Below are positions 62,601 to 64,000 of a stretch of DNA of 64,000 nucleotides, piece after piece. A program made the translations under genes and the position numbers. Position 1 is the stretch's first letter, and each line of letters starts with the position of its first letter. The stretch is from Lingula anatina (lineage: Eukaryota > Animalia > Brachiopoda). The stretch lies in contig CM120643.1 in the NCBI GenBank assembly GCA_051362555.1, positions 8,246,001-8,310,000 of the forward strand, in the 5' to 3' direction. The notes beneath the pieces were generated by a model. It saw only the letters and a program-made list of their open reading frames with translations, was not told where the DNA came from and ran no database searches.

Positions 62601-63797
62601 TTCAAAGTAGGGAGCTTTTCCTGAAAAATGGACAATAAAATCCTTCAGTTGATCCTGCTTGAGAATTAAAAAAGAACCTGGATTTAAATTCAGAGTCGAT
62701 CTTTTGTGGCCAAAATGGCATTTCTATCTAATCCCCTGAACCACTCCTCCTCGAAGGACAGATCAGTTTTTAATAATTCTATTTTTAGCCACACAGAATA
62801 GTTTCATACATCATTTTTGGTGTTGTTTCAGACTCTACTTGAATCTCTGCACATACTGGAGGAGCTGATCACTAAACACAGGCTGCAGTCTCAGACAGAG
62901 AAAGATGGCATCTTGACTGAATGGATGGCAGCAAGGTGTGACGCCATGTGCTTGAAAATAAGGTACTGGCTGCTTGAGTCTTTCACAGTGAATTTATGTC
63001 CACAATTTTAAAAATATATGGGTGTGCAATACTGACCAATCAAGCTTACCCCAGAGACACCCATTGGTCTCTGAAGATGGCTTATATTTTCAAAGACAGG
63101 TGGACGACTTACAAAATTTTTGAGTAGGTTGAAAGGGCTTGCTGGGGTTGGAATCCGTGTAAATTGCTGATCAGAGCACAGATTCACTTTTTGGACTCCC
63201 TGCACACCAAATCCTGGGGAAACCCCTGTGGTTAATAGATGATTACTATAGCTATGGTCAATTTGCATCTTCATGACCTCCTCAGCTGGTGTGTTGAGGT
63301 AGAATATTATAATTTTGTTAACATCTGACATGGGTATTTCTTTAAGCCATTTTGCAAAAAATGGTTAAAAAATGGTTACAGGTGGGCTGAAATATTGCCT
63401 TATTTCTGCTTTTTTTTCTGCAAAATACTGATTTATCCCTGCAACAAGTCTATGTCACAAGTATTATATGATATTTGAAGGATACCAGTTCATCTTCAGC
63501 TTTAATTTTGTCAAAATATTGTCTGAATTTTAAATATGCTTGTATGTAAGTTAATAGCTTAAGAAAACAAAAAAACAAAACAAAAAAAAGAAGTTTATTT
63601 GATGTTTTTTTTTCATAAGTTTGCAATTGGTTTAGCAAGAAGGCTTACATGGAATGATAAACTCAAGTTACTAAAAGTTTTTTAAAATTTCTATCACCTT
63701 TATTTTTTATTTTTTAAAAAATAAACAGGATGGTCGAGATGCAGATTCTTTGCGATACCTACCACACAGAGTCTGTACAGGCACTGAAAGCTGTCAG
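59633..63797 (+). CDS. HAUS4: HAUS augmin-like complex subunit 4, first eight coding exons (continues beyond the window)
   Basis: Exons 59633-59705, 60094-60230, 60639-60770, 61381-61518, 61904-62006, 62251-62390, 62832-62962 and 63729-63797 splice in frame. Peptides LPINLTAHDVEQYPEFVKLLQGLNQHL..GIS, WLQFHILYLELQELILD, LLGL, EVENRLRRKC..LVEFYEP, HRLQSQTEKD, CDAMCLKIRMVEMQILCDTY match recalled human HAUS4. Confidence 0.93.
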
Positions 63798-64000
63798 GTA
63801 TGTAGTCTTGGAATGGGTTTCCAGGTGGCAAAGCTCCTTTGAATAATATACAAAATAATTACATGTTACCCATGATTATACCTTTTTTGTGATGATTTTG
63901 ATTAAGTTACTATTCCTGTTCAATTTCTGGGCTAAAGATAATTTGGTAAGATGGAAGAAAAATGTATTTTTTGTCTGAAATTTCTGCTGTTGGTTGAAAT

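Noticed and set aside
1-64000. tRNA, rRNA or snoRNA genes
   Set aside because: No cloverleaf with A/B boxes, rRNA-like segment or convincing C/D box pair was recognised; a covariance-model search would be needed to exclude them.

Overview
AT-rich, intron-rich animal genomic DNA. It is probably from an invertebrate (lophotrochozoan/mollusc-like), but the taxon cannot be fixed from the sequence alone. Manual splicing gives five host genes. (1) The 3' end of LRRCC1 (+, 2682-5544). (2) An unnamed 362-aa single-pass receptor with signal peptide, chitin-binding CBM14 domain, LDLa module, TM helix and two PPxY motifs (-, 15302-21604). (3) RBIS/C8orf59 (-, 27195-28136), missed by the ORF track. (4) A secreted serine beta-lactamase-fold hydrolase with five C-terminal polyglycine-hydrolase-like (BTRD1-type) repeats, encoded by a 34-nt signal-peptide exon plus one 2.1-kb exon (+, 30180-44030). 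(5) The 5' part of HAUS4 (+, 59633 onward). An intact, very young Ty3/Gypsy LTR retrotransposon (52910-58601, -) has identical 393-bp LTRs, a 5-bp TSD, non-canonical TA...TA ends and no tRNA-type PBS. The rest is introns and intergenic DNA with many MITE families, LINE remnants, a 35-bp minisatellite and microsatellites. The most interesting items are the bacterial-looking polyglycine-hydrolase-like enzyme, the chitin-binding/LDLa/PY receptor and the atypical retrotransposon. All homology calls are from recalled family motifs, not database searches.
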